Shown here: positions 45,201 to 61,102 of the stretch, piece by piece
Position numbering within the stretch: position 1 is the first letter of the stretch
Layout: each line of letters opens with the position of its first letter
NCBI RefSeq assembly: GCF_009914755.1
Contig: NC_060926.1
Source: the human T2T-CHM13v2.0 reference genome, Homo sapiens
Strand: one strand, 5' to 3'
DNA: 64,000 nucleotides
Program-made: the position numbers and the translations under genes
The notes under the pieces: model-generated
What the model was told of the DNA's origin: nothing
The model's database searches: none
The model's input: the letters and a program-made list of their open reading frames with translations, nothing else

Positions 45201-46163
45201 GGAAGTTTTAAGTCTTTTATTATTTGTATGGGGGAAAAGTTAATATTTTAACTTAGATTCACTTTTAGAGCTACTACCAGCATAGATAAAAATTTATAGT
45301 TTCACAGCTGTAGGTTTTTTAGATTTAATTAGAATAACTGTTCCCTTTATGCAACAACTTTCTATGAAGGTAGCCTGAGCTGATTTCAATTAATGTGCTT
45401 TAAATAATTTTTACTGTGTTTCCTGCTGTGAATAGCTAAACAGAAGTTTTGTAGTATGTAATTTTAAAAAAGAATTTTTCCTCCCTGTAACTGAGTTTGT
45501 AATTTATTTTTTCTATCATTAGCAACAGTAATTTATAAACAAACACTTTTACTAGGAGAAGAGAGGTCAGTATGACCCTGTGTGTCAGTCCTAGGTTTAT
45601 TGGAAAATGTGTGCTCAGTATTTGTAGACTCAAATGAAAATATTTTATAAGGCCTTACCTTTGCCCTTATAAACATCACAAAATAGTTGTCAAAGCAATG
45701 TAAAAAAATAACAACAGATGATGCATGTTTATATGCTAAATTTTGTGAAAGATTCTGGAATTGCTGGAATTAGAGGAAAGAGGGATTTACATGAGAACGA
45801 AGAGCCAAGAAGTCAGGAACCCACTTGGAAACACCACTCAGCCTTGGAAAAGCCACCCAATTACAGTGGCTGTGGAGGATCCCGACATTGTTTGACTGTG
45901 CTTGGGAACTGGTTAGGTTCTTTGGACTTCACAAAACCATTAATTTTAAGTTCACATTTTAAATATGAAATACAGTTAGACAACCATGTGTTTTCTCATG
46001 TCTTTTGGTCAAACATTTTATGGGTAAAATTTATTTCAACCAAACTGCGTGAGTAGCAGGGAATAGAAATATTGGTGATTTGATATGAGAAAAAAGATAT
46101 TAAGCAAAAGAATAAATCATTTTACTTTGCTCTGCTATGAAACGCACCTAGATACTATAATAA

Positions 46164-46489
<326 letters not shown>

Positions 46490-46914
46490 GCATATAAAGT
46501 ATTTTATTCTTGTTATCACAGGTTCATACTGCTCCCAATTTCCTAGGAAATTATTTCAAATTCTCTACTCTGTTCTTAATTAACCAACATTTTTCTCCTC
46601 AATCCTCCATATCAGCTGAAGAATTGCTTGCTATTCCTTACAGGGGAACTTCCATAAGCTCCCACCACATCTATCTCCTGCATGTACTGGGCCAACGTTG
46701 TCTGTCTTCTTTCCAGTTACTACTGTGTTTATATTTGTGTCTCTAAATAACACATCAATGGTGTTGATTTGTTAGCTTTATTTGTCAGTTTTCTTCCCAA
46801 ATATAAAAAGATACATTTTTACATCTGCCTTTAATAACACACACACACACACACACTCACCCTACTTTTCCTCATAGCCATATCCCCCTAAGAGAGCACT
46901 ACACCTTATCAAAT

Positions 46915-49900
46915 GCTTTTCTGCCATAATTGAGATGGCCTTGCGTGTGTGTGCATTTACGTGTCTGTGTGTGCATGCGTTGTGTGCTTTCCCTTCATTC
47001 TGTTAATGTAGTGTATTATATAGTTTGGTTTTCTTGTGATGAAACATCCTTGAATGCTAAAAATAAATCTCAATTGCTTATGGTGTATAACCCTTTTAAT
47101 AAGCTATTTAATTTTGTTTGCTAATATTTTGCTGAACTTTTGCATCAATATTTGATACGGTTAGGCTTTGTGTCCCCACCAAAATCTGATCTTGAATTAT
47201 AATCCCCATAATCTCTAAGTGTCAATGTGTCAAGGGAGTTCCCAGGTGGTGGTGATTGAATCATGGGTTTCCCCCAGGCTGTTCTCGTGATAGTGAGTGG
47301 ATTCTCACAATCTCATGGTTTTATAAGGGGCTCTTCCCACTTCATTCATTTGCATTCTCTCTCCTGCCACCTTGTAAAGAAGGTACTTGCTTCTTCTTTA
47401 CCATCTGCCATGACTGTAAGTTTCCTGAGGCCTTCCTAGCCATACAGAACTGCGAGTCAATTAAATATCTTTCCTTTATAAATTACCCAGTCTCATGAAG
47501 TTCTTTATAGCAGTGTGAAAATGGATGAATACAGTATTTATAAGGTTTATTAGTCCGTAGTTTTCTTTCATTCTAGTGTCTTTGGCTTTCATAGCAGAGT
47601 AATGTGTTGGTCTCAGTAGAATGATAACGTGTTGGTGTTAATTCTTTAAATGTTTGGTAGAATTCACCATTGAAGCCATCTGGTCTTGAACTTTTCTTTT
47701 TTAGCAGTTTTTTTTAGATTACCTGTTCAATCTCCTTACTAGTTATAGACCTAATCAGATTTTCTATTTCTTCATGATTCAATCTTAGCAGGTTGTGTGT
47801 TTCTGGAAAGTTATACATTTTTTCTAGGTTGTGCAATTTGTTGGCATATAAATGTTTACAAAACTCTTTATAACATTTTATTTCTGTAAACTCAGTAGTT
47901 AATGTTTCCTTTTTCATTTTTAATTTTAATTATGTGACCTTTAGTCTTTTGTTTTCATTAGTCTAGTTAATTATTTCTCAATTTTGTTCATCTTTTTAAA
48001 GAACCCAGCCCAGGTTTTGTTTTTCCTTTGCATTGTTTTTCTATTACCCACCTTATTTATAGCTTCCCTAATATTGATTGTTTATTGCTTTCTTCTATCC
48101 TTGATTTAGTTTAATCTTTTAGAAAATTTCTTAAAGTGTAAAATTTGGTTGTTGATTTAATAATTTCCTTTTTTATGATGTAAGCATTTACAGCTATAAA
48201 TTTCAATTTTGGCGCTGCTTTCACTGTATTTTATGGATTTTGGTGTTTTAATTTCATTTGCCTCAAAATATTTTCTAGTTTTCCCTGATAATCTTCTTTG
48301 ATCATTTGTTAGCTTAATTTCTATATATTTTCCAATTTTTCTTCTGTGTTGATTTCTGGAAACATTCAATTGTGATTAGAAAATATACTTATGAATACAA
48401 TCTTTTAAAATGTATTAAAATTTGTTTTATGGCCTAACCTATAGATCTTTGCTGGAGAATTCTCCATGTGCTCTTAGAAAAATGTGCATTATGCTGTTAT
48501 TTAGTACAGTATCCAATTGGTAATACTAAAACTGATCCATAGAATTTTTCAAGTTCTGTATTTTCTTATTGATCTTCTGTCTTTTTGTTCTATCACTAAA
48601 AATTGGGTAATAAGGTATACCACTATTATTGCACAGCTGTCTATTTTCCTCCTTCAATTCTATCAGTGTTTGTTCACATATTTTAGTGTTCTGATGTTTG
48701 GCACATATATAAGTTTTCAATATTCTGATAAATTAATTTTTTTATCATTATGTAATGTCCCTATTTCTCTCTTGTAACAGTGTTTGGCTAAATATCTATT
48801 TTGTCTGAAATTAGTATAGCCATCCTTGGTTCTACTTTGGTTACTATTTGTATGAAATTTCTTTTTCCATCTTTTCATTTTACTCTGTTTCTATATCTAA
48901 AGTTTGTTCTTTGTAGATACCATATGTTGAAACTTTTTAAAAAATTATTTTGCCAATCAATGGCTTTTGTTTGGGAAACTTAAATGATTTACCTTTAAAG
49001 AAATTACTAATACAGGAATAGAGGAGCACACAATTTTCCTATTTTGATATTTGTTTCTATAAACTCTATAGATTTATTTTTGCCCAGTTATTTGCCCTTT
49101 ACCATCCTCCTTTGCATTTAGTTGACTTTTTTGTTTTGACACATTTTGATTACCCTTTCATTTCTTTTTGTGTATATTCTATAAATATTTTCTTTTTAAT
49201 TAAATGGAGATTACATATAAGTGACGGCAATCTATCTTACACTGACACCACCTTCACTTCAGTGCCATGCAGAACTTGGCTTATTTACAATCTCCCATTT
49301 AAGGGACTGGCATCACAAATTACTTCTTTGTCTATCGTGTACCCATTGACATATAGTCACTTTTATTTATTTGTCCTTTAAATCTTGTGTAAATAAAAAG
49401 TGGAGTGAGCAAATCAAAATTATAGTGACACTTTGTAATATTTGTTCATGTATTTACCTTTATTGGAAAAATTTATATGTTGATGTAGCTTTGAGTTGCT
49501 GTCTAGAGTCTTTTCATTTTAACTTGTACGACTCCATTCAGCACTTTTTTAAGTCAAGTCTAGTGTTGAACCCCCTTAGATTTCGTTTGTGTTGGCATAT
49601 CTTAATTTTGAAGTAATAAAATTTTTGGATTTTTGAAGAATAGTTTTGTTGAATATAGAATTCTCAGTTGACTTTTTTTCCCTCAAATAACTTTAAATAT
49701 ATCATCCCACTATTTTCTGGCCTACAAAGTTTCTATTAAAAATGTATTGATAACCTCATTAGAGACCTCATGTATATAATGAATCACTTTTCTCTTGCTG
49801 CTCTCAAGATTCTTTCAGTCTTTGGCTTTAAAGAGTTTGAATATAGTGTGTCTCAGCATGAGTCTCTTCAAGGTTATCCTACTTGGATATCATTGAGCTC

Positions 49901-51230
49901 ATTGGATTTTTACATGTATGTTCTTTCTCAAATTTTGAAAGGTTTTATCCATTATTTTTTCAAATAATCATTATGCTCATTTCTTTCTCCTCCTCCTAGG
50001 ATTTCCATAATGTGAATATTGCTCTGTTTGGTGGTGTTCTATAAGCCCTATAGGTTATGTTAACTTAATATTTTGTTATATTTGCTCCTCAGACTGAATC
50101 ATTTCAAATATTTATACACCAAGCTTGCTAACTCTTTCTTCTGTCTGTTCAAATCTGCTATTGAACCTCTTCAGTACATTTTTCAATTCTGTAATTGTGC
50201 TTTCCAGCTCCAAAAATCTGTTTTATTTAAAAAATTTCCATCTCTTTGTTGATATTCTCATTTTATTTATATATTGTTCTCCTTATTCCCTTTAATTATT
50301 TGTCCATGTTTCCCTTTAGCTCTTTGAACATGTATAAGACAGTTATTTAAAAGTATTTTTTCAGTAAGTCTCATGCCTCTGTTTATTAAGAAACAGTTTC
50401 TTGGGATTTATTTTGCCATTTAAATAGATTATCTTTCTCTGATTTCTGGTAAGCCTTGTGTTATTTTGTTAAACACTGGACATTAAAAAATGAAAAGCCA
50501 TCTCCCCGTTGTTTTAACACTGGTGGGAAATACCTCTACTAATTAGCAAGGCCTTGAGAGTTGATGTTAACTCATTGTCAAAGGTTGAGGAAGTCTCGGG
50601 TATTTTCTTTGCAGTGTTCTATCTGGGCCTGTGTATGTTAGTTTATTCTCTCTCTCTCTCTCTCACTCTCTCTCTCATTATTAATATCCCCTAGCTTATT
50701 TTAAATATCTTAATTTCTCAAATAGTCTCAGCCCAGTCCCTCTTAAAATCTCAAATCCATATTTTTGTTTTTATCCAACAGTTTTCAAACATTTCAGCAT
50801 CCACCACTGCCTTCTGGGGCTTCCAGACTGAAATCAAATCTATGTTTCCATTCCCCAGCAGAGCTCCAAATTAGGCAAGACAATGGTACTTCTTAGGACA
50901 ATCCACAGATTGGCCAGAATGTTGCAAATAAGTTTAATTCTACTCCTTTTGTCTTGAGGAAAAAAAACTTGGAATTAGGCCACTTTCTCTTAAATGTGCA
51001 CAACACGATTTCAAGAGAGTTTTGCTAGAGCAACTCAAAATGCCATAAAATGTTCTACCACTTTAATGTGGCTTTTTCTTAATTGGGTATTCTGTTGGTT
51101 ATTGTAGATACTTGACTGGTTTTCCAGACCTCTCATAAAGTTATTTCTTAGTCAATCTGCAGTTGTTTATTGATGTGTCCATTTGAAGGCAGAGAGCTTA
51201 AAGCTTGTCAATCTGCATCTTCATTACCTG
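46915..51230 (-). mobile_element. Decayed L1M on the minus strand (5' region, ORF1, 5' ORF2), interrupted by a THE1 LTR
   Basis: T-rich. Reverse peptide KHLYANKLHNLEKM..NHEEIENLIRSITSKEIE (47714-47917); ORF1-like sequence at ~49750-50400. Confidence 0.82.
47153..47533 (+). mobile_element. THE1 (THE1D-like) solo LTR
   Basis: tgatacggttaggctttgtgtccccacc...ttcctttataaattacccagtctc...gaataca. 5-bp TSD atatt/gtatt. Confidence 0.92.
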
Positions 51231-51239
51231 ATTTTCTCC

Positions 51240-51543
<304 letters not shown>

Positions 51544-53559
51544 TCTCCTTTCATTTTTGAAGATAAAGTCTCTAGATTTTAGAGATTTGAAATGACTGAG
51601 GTCACTGCTATTTCTGTTTGGATGCCTCCTACAATTGTTATTTAATATTTTTCTTTTCTTTTCTATTTTTTCATTCCAATTGTTTAACAGATTTTATTTT
51701 GTTATCTAATATTATGACATTTTGGAATGTTGTTCACTGATATGAATCTATTAATCAATTTTTCTGAATACTTTGTTACATTTTTTAGTCCAAAAAATAA
51801 CTTTATACGATGGATGATCTTGATAATCCACTATGCTCTTTATTCCTGGTATTTCCTTCTAGAACTACTATTATGTGAAAATTTTAATTCCTGAATAGAT
51901 AAATTATTAATAAATGTGTTTATTTATTTGTATACATTTATTTATCTCATCTCGTCTTTCCTCCCATTATCCATCTTTCAAAATTTTGTTGCTCTCATTT
52001 TCGGGGAACTTCAGCTTCCAATTATCCAATTCTGTTTTTCGTTTATTCTACCATATTTTTAATTTCTAAAAACTTTTCCAGTTACTACATATTTTTAGCA
52101 CACAGTTCACTTTTTAAGTTGTCATATCTTTTAAAAATATATTTACAAATATTCATGGTGTAGTATTTAAAGAACTATTTCTGGGACAGTAGAAGTTGCA
52201 CTTACTTTCGTTTCTTTCTTTTAAATTATGTGCTTTCATCAGATTGTTTTCTATGTTTAATAATCTATGTTATCTATGTTTAAGTTTTTACAGCTTCTTG
52301 CGGACAAATAAAAGTGTGATTATCAGAATTTTGGTGCTAAGTGAAGGAGAATACTGTAGGTTTCACCGTGCATTACCCACATGTATATCTAATCAATCTC
52401 ATTTCAGTATGCTACCCTACCTTCAATCATACATGAAATTGCATGTCTGAACACCCTTCCGGAGAATGTATCTTTTGCCTGATAGATCTGATTGTTATTA
52501 AAGAACCTTTTAGCTATTTCCCCTTCTTTTTGCCCATCTCTTTACTTCCAGCAGTAAGTGGCACTGACAACGCTTGCCTTTTCAAAAGAGTGCATCATTA
52601 ACTAAGTTTATTTCTCAGCTTTCCCTTAGGGTTTGGGATTTCATTTCTTATGTATCAGTTAAAACATTTTAGTATATGTTCTCTTCTATGTGCTATTCAA
52701 ATAAACTGTTGTTTAAAAACTTTTGCTTCCCTCAAGTTTTCTGTGTCTTTGTATAGCTATATATTTTCACAAAATCCTCTTGATGCCATAAGTGGTGTGT
52801 TGGGAGATTGTGACTGTAGATAAATGTGTCCAATCTGCTCTCTCTAATCAATACACATTTTTTCCATGTTTTCATTTACATACTCCAAACTGACCTTCAT
52901 CCTCACAACTCAACCACAATTGCTCTCTGCAAGGTTGCTGAAAAACATCATCTTACCCACGCTAAGGGTTAATTCATGCCCTTTAGAAACAGTAATGTGC
53001 TAGACTTCTTCCTAAATTTCAAGTTTGCTATGTATTCAAATTTAGAAATTAAGAAGATAATACAACACTGTGAAGAGTTGGGGTTAATTATGCACATGTA
53101 AAATTGCACACATTAGATCTGTGGTTTTTGTTGCAATAACATAAAAAGAAATTGGCAAATTCATTTTTTTGGTACATATTGCATAAGAGCCCACTTTTCT
53201 AGATAAGTTGCTATATGCTAATGATAAACAAATGATCAATTTTGGAGTCCATAGCCCTGAGATAACACAACTATATAAATATAAAATTAGGAATTCTATA
53301 GGAAAGTGAAAAAATACTTCAAAATATCATAATACAAAAAGAAGTTAGCACTATCTTGAAGTTAGAGAATGCTTCCTGAAGATATTTTTGTGGTGGGTCT
53401 TGAAGTATGAGAAACCATTTGCCAGGTAGACAAGAAGGAAAGAGAGAACACATGAAATGATAGGAACTGTGTTACAAAAATATAAGATTTTTTAAATAGC
53501 AAAACTAATATTAATTTAGTACATTAATTTAAAACATTAGAAACATTGAGAATTAAATA

Positions 53560-54710
<1,151 letters not shown>

Positions 54711-57169
54711 AATATTCAAAGGAGCTAGAAATGGGTACATACAGAAGATAGGAGGTGTGGGAGGGTGCACTTAAGGAAGTGTCAACACGCTACTTGGATT
54801 TTGGGACACCATTATAACCATTTTCAGTTATTTTCAGTAGGTCTTGCTCTCACACAGGGGTATAGATCTCGTATGCCTAGGGATGTCCACTTTACACAGT
54901 GTTTTGATAGATAAAATATGTATTTTATAACTTTTTGTCTAATATTAAATGCAGGCCTGTGTGACTAGCTTTTATATTAATGAGTTGCCAATAGCTTTAA
55001 GCACTAAAAATTGCAACAAATTATAACACTTATAATACTAAAATATTATCACCTACAAAGATTGTATTTTATATTAGATGGCACTACTTAAATAACTGGC
55101 ATATTTGTAACAATCAGACACAAAGCACAGATATAAAAGTATTTAGTTTATAGGTGAACTCTGACAACGCTTTTTATGGCTGTTTCTGAGATTCTCCTGG
55201 CAGTTGGGGTTTCCTTCTGACTTCTTGCTTTTAAGCGGCTTCTACCTATGTAAAGAGAAAAGGAACCCTCTATGGGAACAGGCCTTTTAGCTGAGCTTCT
55301 CCCTTCAATAGAAAGTGAAGCATTTTTGTTGTTGTTATTGTTGCTGTTGATTTAGGCCTTTTGAATTGATGCTTTTGAAAGACCCCAGGAAAACTTATAT
55401 TCTCCTCTAAGTAACTCTGCAGGCTTCTTGAATTCCAACCAAGGCGAAGTGTTGAAAGAGATGTGAGATCAAGAGCTTCCCCATTCATTTGAGAAGGTGC
55501 AGCCCAAAGCTAACACACAGGCAAGCGAGAGAGAGGAGGGTGCCTGCAGCTTTGTTGTTGTCTGCCTGTCAATCATTTGCAGCTGTGATCCAACCTCAAA
55601 AGGAAGATTGGGTCAGAGAAAGCCCCAGAGCTGGTATTCCTAATGATTTTTGAATTTAGAGTTTAGATTCCATTTACTCACATGATTCCATTTACTCATA
55701 TGATACCAACAGGAGAAAAAAATGGACTCAAAGTGTCAATTCAGAGCGATTATTAAAAAAAGCACAGATTAGATCAAGTATACTACAAATTTTGGTGTTT
55801 TCTCCCTTATATTGTTTAGAAATATCTTCTAGAGAGAAAGAAAAAAAAAACTGAAAAGAAATAACCTTAAAGGGTAATTTGAAAATAAATGGACTTTGAT
55901 GGGTTCTGCACAAACAAGTGAACATTTATGATTTGCTCATTTGTCACTCTGGACTCTATTTTTTTAATTATTTTTAGCCGTGTCTTGATATTTAATAGTT
56001 GTGTGTTCCTGAACTGAATCTTCAGAAAAGTATAAAGAAATAAAGGAACAAAATGCTAACATTTGCCTAACCAATGGCCCAGAAACCGTCGCCTTGGCCA
56101 GACTGTTAAAATTATGAAACACATGATGTGTTTTACATTTCCATTCCCGAGTGCAGTGTCCTGTCATATTTTCTCATCATTGTTTTCTACATGGCTATTT
56201 CTGGCCTTTCTATATGTCTTCTTAGCAAATTAACATTCATCTTTTTTCATCACTTGAAAGAAGGTGGCAAATCAGCATTTCTCTCTAAATAAATTCTAAC
56301 TGAGAATGTAAAGCAATATCTTTTTTTTTTTTTTGCTCTTTTATTTCTTTATTATGATAACACCTAAAAGATAGCGTCCTGCGGAAACTTTGGAATCCTT
56401 TTTTCAGGAGGTACTCTGTATTTTTAAAGAGGTTTATAACTTTCTATGATTTTCAAAGTCTTTGTTTTATACATTTACTAAGACTGGCATCTTTTTCTAT
56501 CTTTTCTAGCCTTTTATACAAGCATATCTTTTATTTTAGAAAAATTAAAATTTTATTTCAAAGGCTATATTTGAAGCAAGAGAATTGCTAAGAAATCATT
56601 AAATATTTCAGGATTTTTTATGTCCTGAATTTTATGCTTTTTCCATTACTGCAGTAGTTAAGTGAGTTTTCTCTGGGTTTTTATTTTCACATCTAGTTAG
56701 AAAGTTTACATTGTGAAAAGGACATGCCCTCTAAGATGGTTCTTAATAAATAACTGATATTAATGGAGAAACAGAGATATGCCTCAAGTACAAAGACTTC
56801 TCATGTCTTCTTTTTGCTAAGAAAAGAGTGATGAAAACCTGAAAAATTATTTTTTGGAAATGCTGCTGCCAAACCTGATGAGACCAGATCTTCAATTTGG
56901 TTCCATAAACTAATTTGTTAGCAACCCTGCACCAGGGCTTGATGAAATTCCTGGGAATTGGAAGTTAAGTAAGAGACAAGAGCAGGGAGAGCTAGTTAGT
57001 AGCTGATTATAGACCAGTGTCTATAAAAGTGCTATAAGTGAAAGATCAGGAGAAATCACACAGAGAGACCTCCTTCTCTCCACAGATAAACAACTATTCT
57101 GATTTCTTAAAGTCACAGATTAGTTTCAACTTTCCTAGAACATCATGCGAATAGAAGCAGACAAGATGT

Positions 57170-59075
57170 GTATTTGAATCTTGAACAATGAGGAAGTTAG
57201 GTGAGCCAACACCCTGCAAAATAAAAATTCTGAGTATAACTTTTGACTACCCTAAAACTTAACTACTAATAGCCTATTGTTGAACAAAAGCCTCATGGTT
57301 AACAAACTGTTGGTTAACACATATTTTGTATTATACATGTTATATACCATATTCTTACACTAAAGAAATCCAGAAAAAAGGAAATGTTTAAAATCATAAA
57401 GAAGATAAAATATATTTATTATTAAGTGGAAGCAGATCATCATAAACGTCTTCATCCACATCGTCTTCACGTTGAGTAGGCTGAGGAGGAGGAGGAAAAG
57501 GAGAGGTTGGTCTTGCTGTCTCTGCCTTCTAAAGAGACAGAAGAGATGGAGGAGGTGGAGAAGGTGAAAGGGGAGGCAGGAGAGGCAGGTACACTCTGTG
57601 TAACTTTATGAAAATATATCACAACTTTTATCTAACCTTTTTGCTTTTTCATTTCTCTAAAAATATTTCTATATGGTACTAATTCTTTCACTGTTTCCTT
57701 TAATTTCAGTACCCACATCATACAAGGGTCCATGTCATAAGAGAAGTCAAAAGTCAGAAGCCTTGTGCCGAATTATCTCATGTTAATTTGTTTTCTAGCA
57801 TTGCTTATTCTACATCTTCTTCCTCATCATCTGGCACTGATTCGAAAGCAGTCGTCATCAAGTCTTCTGTTAATTCCTTTTGTGTGGTGTCTATTAATCC
57901 TCAAATTTCTCCACGATCCTTATCTTAAAACATTTAATCATCTCCCCCTTCACCTTTTTGTCATATCCACAATCTCTTTCATGAGTTCCTTGATTGGCTT
58001 AGTCATAAATCCTGTGAAGTCATGCATAACACATGGACGGTTTTCTCCAGCAGTAATTTGCTTTTTCAGACTTGATGGCTTTCACAGCTTTTTAAAAAAA
58101 TATAACAAAGATGGTATTTTCAATTCATTAATCCTATCAGACTTTCATGATATTCTCTTCATCAGGGTTCTCTTCCATAATACTCACAATTCTTTCCATT
58201 GGGTACCACATGTAATGAGCCTTAATGGTCCTTAGGACTGCCTGATCTACAGGCTGAATTATAGATGTTGTGTTTGGGGCAAATAGATCACTTTAATGTC
58301 TTTGGTGCTGAAATCAGAGTTCTGGTTGGCCACGGGCATTGTTCAATATCAAAAGAAATTTAAAGGGCACTGCCTTACTAGTAAGATACTTTCTGACTTC
58401 AGGGACAAAGCATCAATGGAATCAATCCAGAAAAAGGATTCTCATTGCCAAAGCCTTCTTGTTGTACAATGAAAAGACTGACAGCTGGTGTTTATCTTTT
58501 TACTTTAAGGCTCAGGAATTAACTGCTTTATAGTTAAAGGCAGTCCTCATCATAAACCTAACAGCATTTGCACAATAGTTAGCTTATCCCTTCCTGACTT
58601 AAATCCTGGTGCTCACTTCTCTTCCTTACTGATAAATGTCTCTTGGGGCATTTTTTCCCCCCAGAATACAGCACTTTTGTCTGCACTATAAATCTGTTCA
58701 GGCAGATGTGTATCTATTTTCAATGACTTTCTTAATGTTGTCTGGGAACTCGTCTGCTGCCTCCTGTTTAGTAGAATGATTTCTCCTATTATCTTGCCAT
58801 TTTTTAATCGAAGCCTCTTTCTAAAATTATCAAACCATCCTTTGCTGGCATTAAATTATCTAGCTATAGGTTTTTCACCTGTCTTTTGGTTCATCATATA
58901 ATAACTTTACTTTTTCTCAAATTGAAGTCTAATATATATGCATTTGTTATAGTAACCCGGGACCCATATAAAAGCTACATTTTCAATACAAGATAAAAGT
59001 CATTTTGCAAAAACTGCATTTTTTTATGCCTGCTGGTGCAGCTGTAGCAACAACTTTACTTTTTTTTTCCATTTT
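57170..59075 (-). mobile_element. Tigger2-type DNA transposon with a decayed pogo-family DDE transposase; 5' end missing
   Basis: Reverse translation of ~58140-58430 gives CFVPEVRKYLTSK..FKFLLILNNA and PNTTSIIQPVDQAVLRTIKAHY..EENPDEENIMKV with stops. 57230-57520 is the reverse complement of the Tigger2a copy at 24553-24925. Confidence 0.88.
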
Positions 59076-59079
59076 TTTG

Positions 59080-59338
59080 AGAGAAGATGAGAAGGCACAG
59101 ATGTTAAGGAGAATGCCATGTGAAGACATAGACAGAGATTGGAGTTATGCTGCCAAGGAATATCTGGAGCCATCAGAAGCTGGAAGAGGCAAGGAAAGAT
59201 TCTCCACTGGAGTCTTCTGAGGGATGCCAACAGGTTGTTTGACTTCTCACCTTCAGAACTATGAGAGAATAAATGTATATTGTATTAAGCCACCAAATTT
59301 GTAGTAATTTATTATGTCATTCCTAGGAAACTAATACA
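59080..59338 (+). mobile_element. MaLR LTR 3' half (MLT1C-like)
   Basis: gccatgtgaagac...cagaagctggaagaggcaaggaaagattctcc...cagaactatgagagaataaat...ggaaactaataca. Confidence 0.85.
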
Positions 59339-60081
59339 GAATCTAAGAATGGGGCAGATATTTAAAAGAAGACAGGCCAAGATTAAAAAGCAGAATACGC
59401 TGCCACTCTCTTGATATTTATCCCGCCTTTCTTGGTCTGTTTCCTCATTTGTAAAATGAAGAAACTAACTAGGATGATATTGAAGTTGCTCTGACATGTT
59501 TTCTAATTTCCCAATGTAATGATGAGGATGATGATTTCAGTTCTTCCTCCAATATAACTTGAGTAATGCTTACTGCAATTTAAATTTCAGTTCTTGTTCT
59601 ATTTTAAAGAACAAATGCATTCCGTCCTTTGTCTTATATTCAATCACATGGATGTAAGGTATCAGATTCCTGTCTGGCTCACCTATGTGTATGTGTGCTT
59701 GTATCTTTCCATTCCAATGTACAGATAACAAGTATATCCTAAATTGTATCGATTTAAGTATTTGCTAACCCAGTATCAAGGCCAATTTTATAAGTCACCA
59801 TTTTCTCAAGGAAATAGATGTCCACAAATATCAGAGAAAAGTATATAAATCCCTTTGGTGAACATTCTTAGTGGCCAAACGCTCAGATTGCTGTTCATGG
59901 TACAATGATCTAACAGTGCCTGCAGGGGAACTTTCTCTTCATCTCTTGCAAAAAGGTGGCACCAACAACACTGGTAAACAAGAAGAGATATATTAAAGGC
60001 CAGAGATTACATACAAACGCAGTGATATTTCTATTCACACATAAGCATTTGTCATAAGGACACTTTTTATTTTGCTTTTTT

Positions 60082-60592
60082 AATTTAATTTAATTTTATT
60101 TTATTTTTTATTATACTTTAAGTTTTAGGGTACATGTGCACATTGTGCAGGTTAGTTACATATGTATACATGTGCCATGCTGGTGCGCTGCACCCACTAA
60201 CTCGTCATCTAGCATTAGGTATATCTCCCAATGCTATCCCTCCCCCCTCCCCCCACCCCACCACAGTCCCCGGAGTGTGATATTCCCCTTCCTGTGTCCA
60301 TGTGATCTCATTGTTCAATTCCCACCTATGAGTGAGAATATGCGGTGTTTGGTTTTTTGTTCTTGCAATAGTTTACTGAGAATGATGATTTCCAATTTCA
60401 TCCATGTCCCTACAAAGGACATGAACTCATCCTTTTTTATGGCTGCATAGTATTCCATGGTGTATATGTGCCACATTTTCTTAATCCAGTCTATCATTGT
60501 TGGACATTTGGGTTGGTTCCAAGTCTTTGCTATTGTGAATAATGCTGCAATAAACATACGTGTGCATGTGTCTTTATAGCAGCATGATTTAT
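60082..60592 (-). mobile_element. Young 5'-truncated L1 (L1PA2-like), ~510 bp
   Basis: Reverse strand reads gagatcacatggacac and ctagatgacGAGttagtgggtgcagcgcaccagc (GAG rather than the Ta ACA). TSD ttttattttgct(t/c)ttttt on both sides. Confidence 0.95.
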
Positions 60593-60942
60593 TTTATTTT
60601 GCTCTTTTTAAATGATTACCTTTCAGAGTAGAACTGAACGCTGGCCATCATTTATAGAATGACTGCATATTGAATGCTTGCTGTTTATGTGTTAATAAGT
60701 GCATCTATATGCCTATATATTGTGACTCCAACCTTTCAGAACTCATACTGAGAAATAAGAGCAATATATGAGGCACTTTAAAATTATGTTCCTCTGATTT
60801 TAACATCTGTGTTTTCTTTTAATCTATCCCACAGGCTGCTTAGTTGATTCAAGAGAAGACTATGAGTAGGGAGAAAAGTTAAAACCCAGTCCCACAGATT
60901 AATCCAATAAAGAATAGAAGAGAAAATTTAATTTCAAATTTT

Positions 60943-61102
60943 GTTAATCAGAATTACTTGGGGACTTGTTAACACAGAAGTCACTGAGCCCCAATTCCAG
61001 AGTTTCTGAAGTCTGGGGAAGGCTCAAGAATCTGTGTTTCTATTAAGTTCACCACTGATGCTGATGCTGCTGGTCTGAGTGAAATACATGGAGAACCACT
61101 GA
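60943..61102. mobile_element. MER5A hAT DNA transposon
   Basis: atcagaattacttggggacttgttaa...ccagagtttctga...tgatgctgatgctgctggtc...gagaaccactg. Confidence 0.8.

Noticed and set aside
55666-55701. 18-bp tandem duplication gattccatttactca(c/t)at; similar short duplications at ~3478-3510 and ~25737-25758
   Set aside because: Ordinary slippage duplications.
57765-58235. Longest ORF (156 aa, hydrophobic)
   Set aside because: Antisense read of the decayed Tigger2 transposase.
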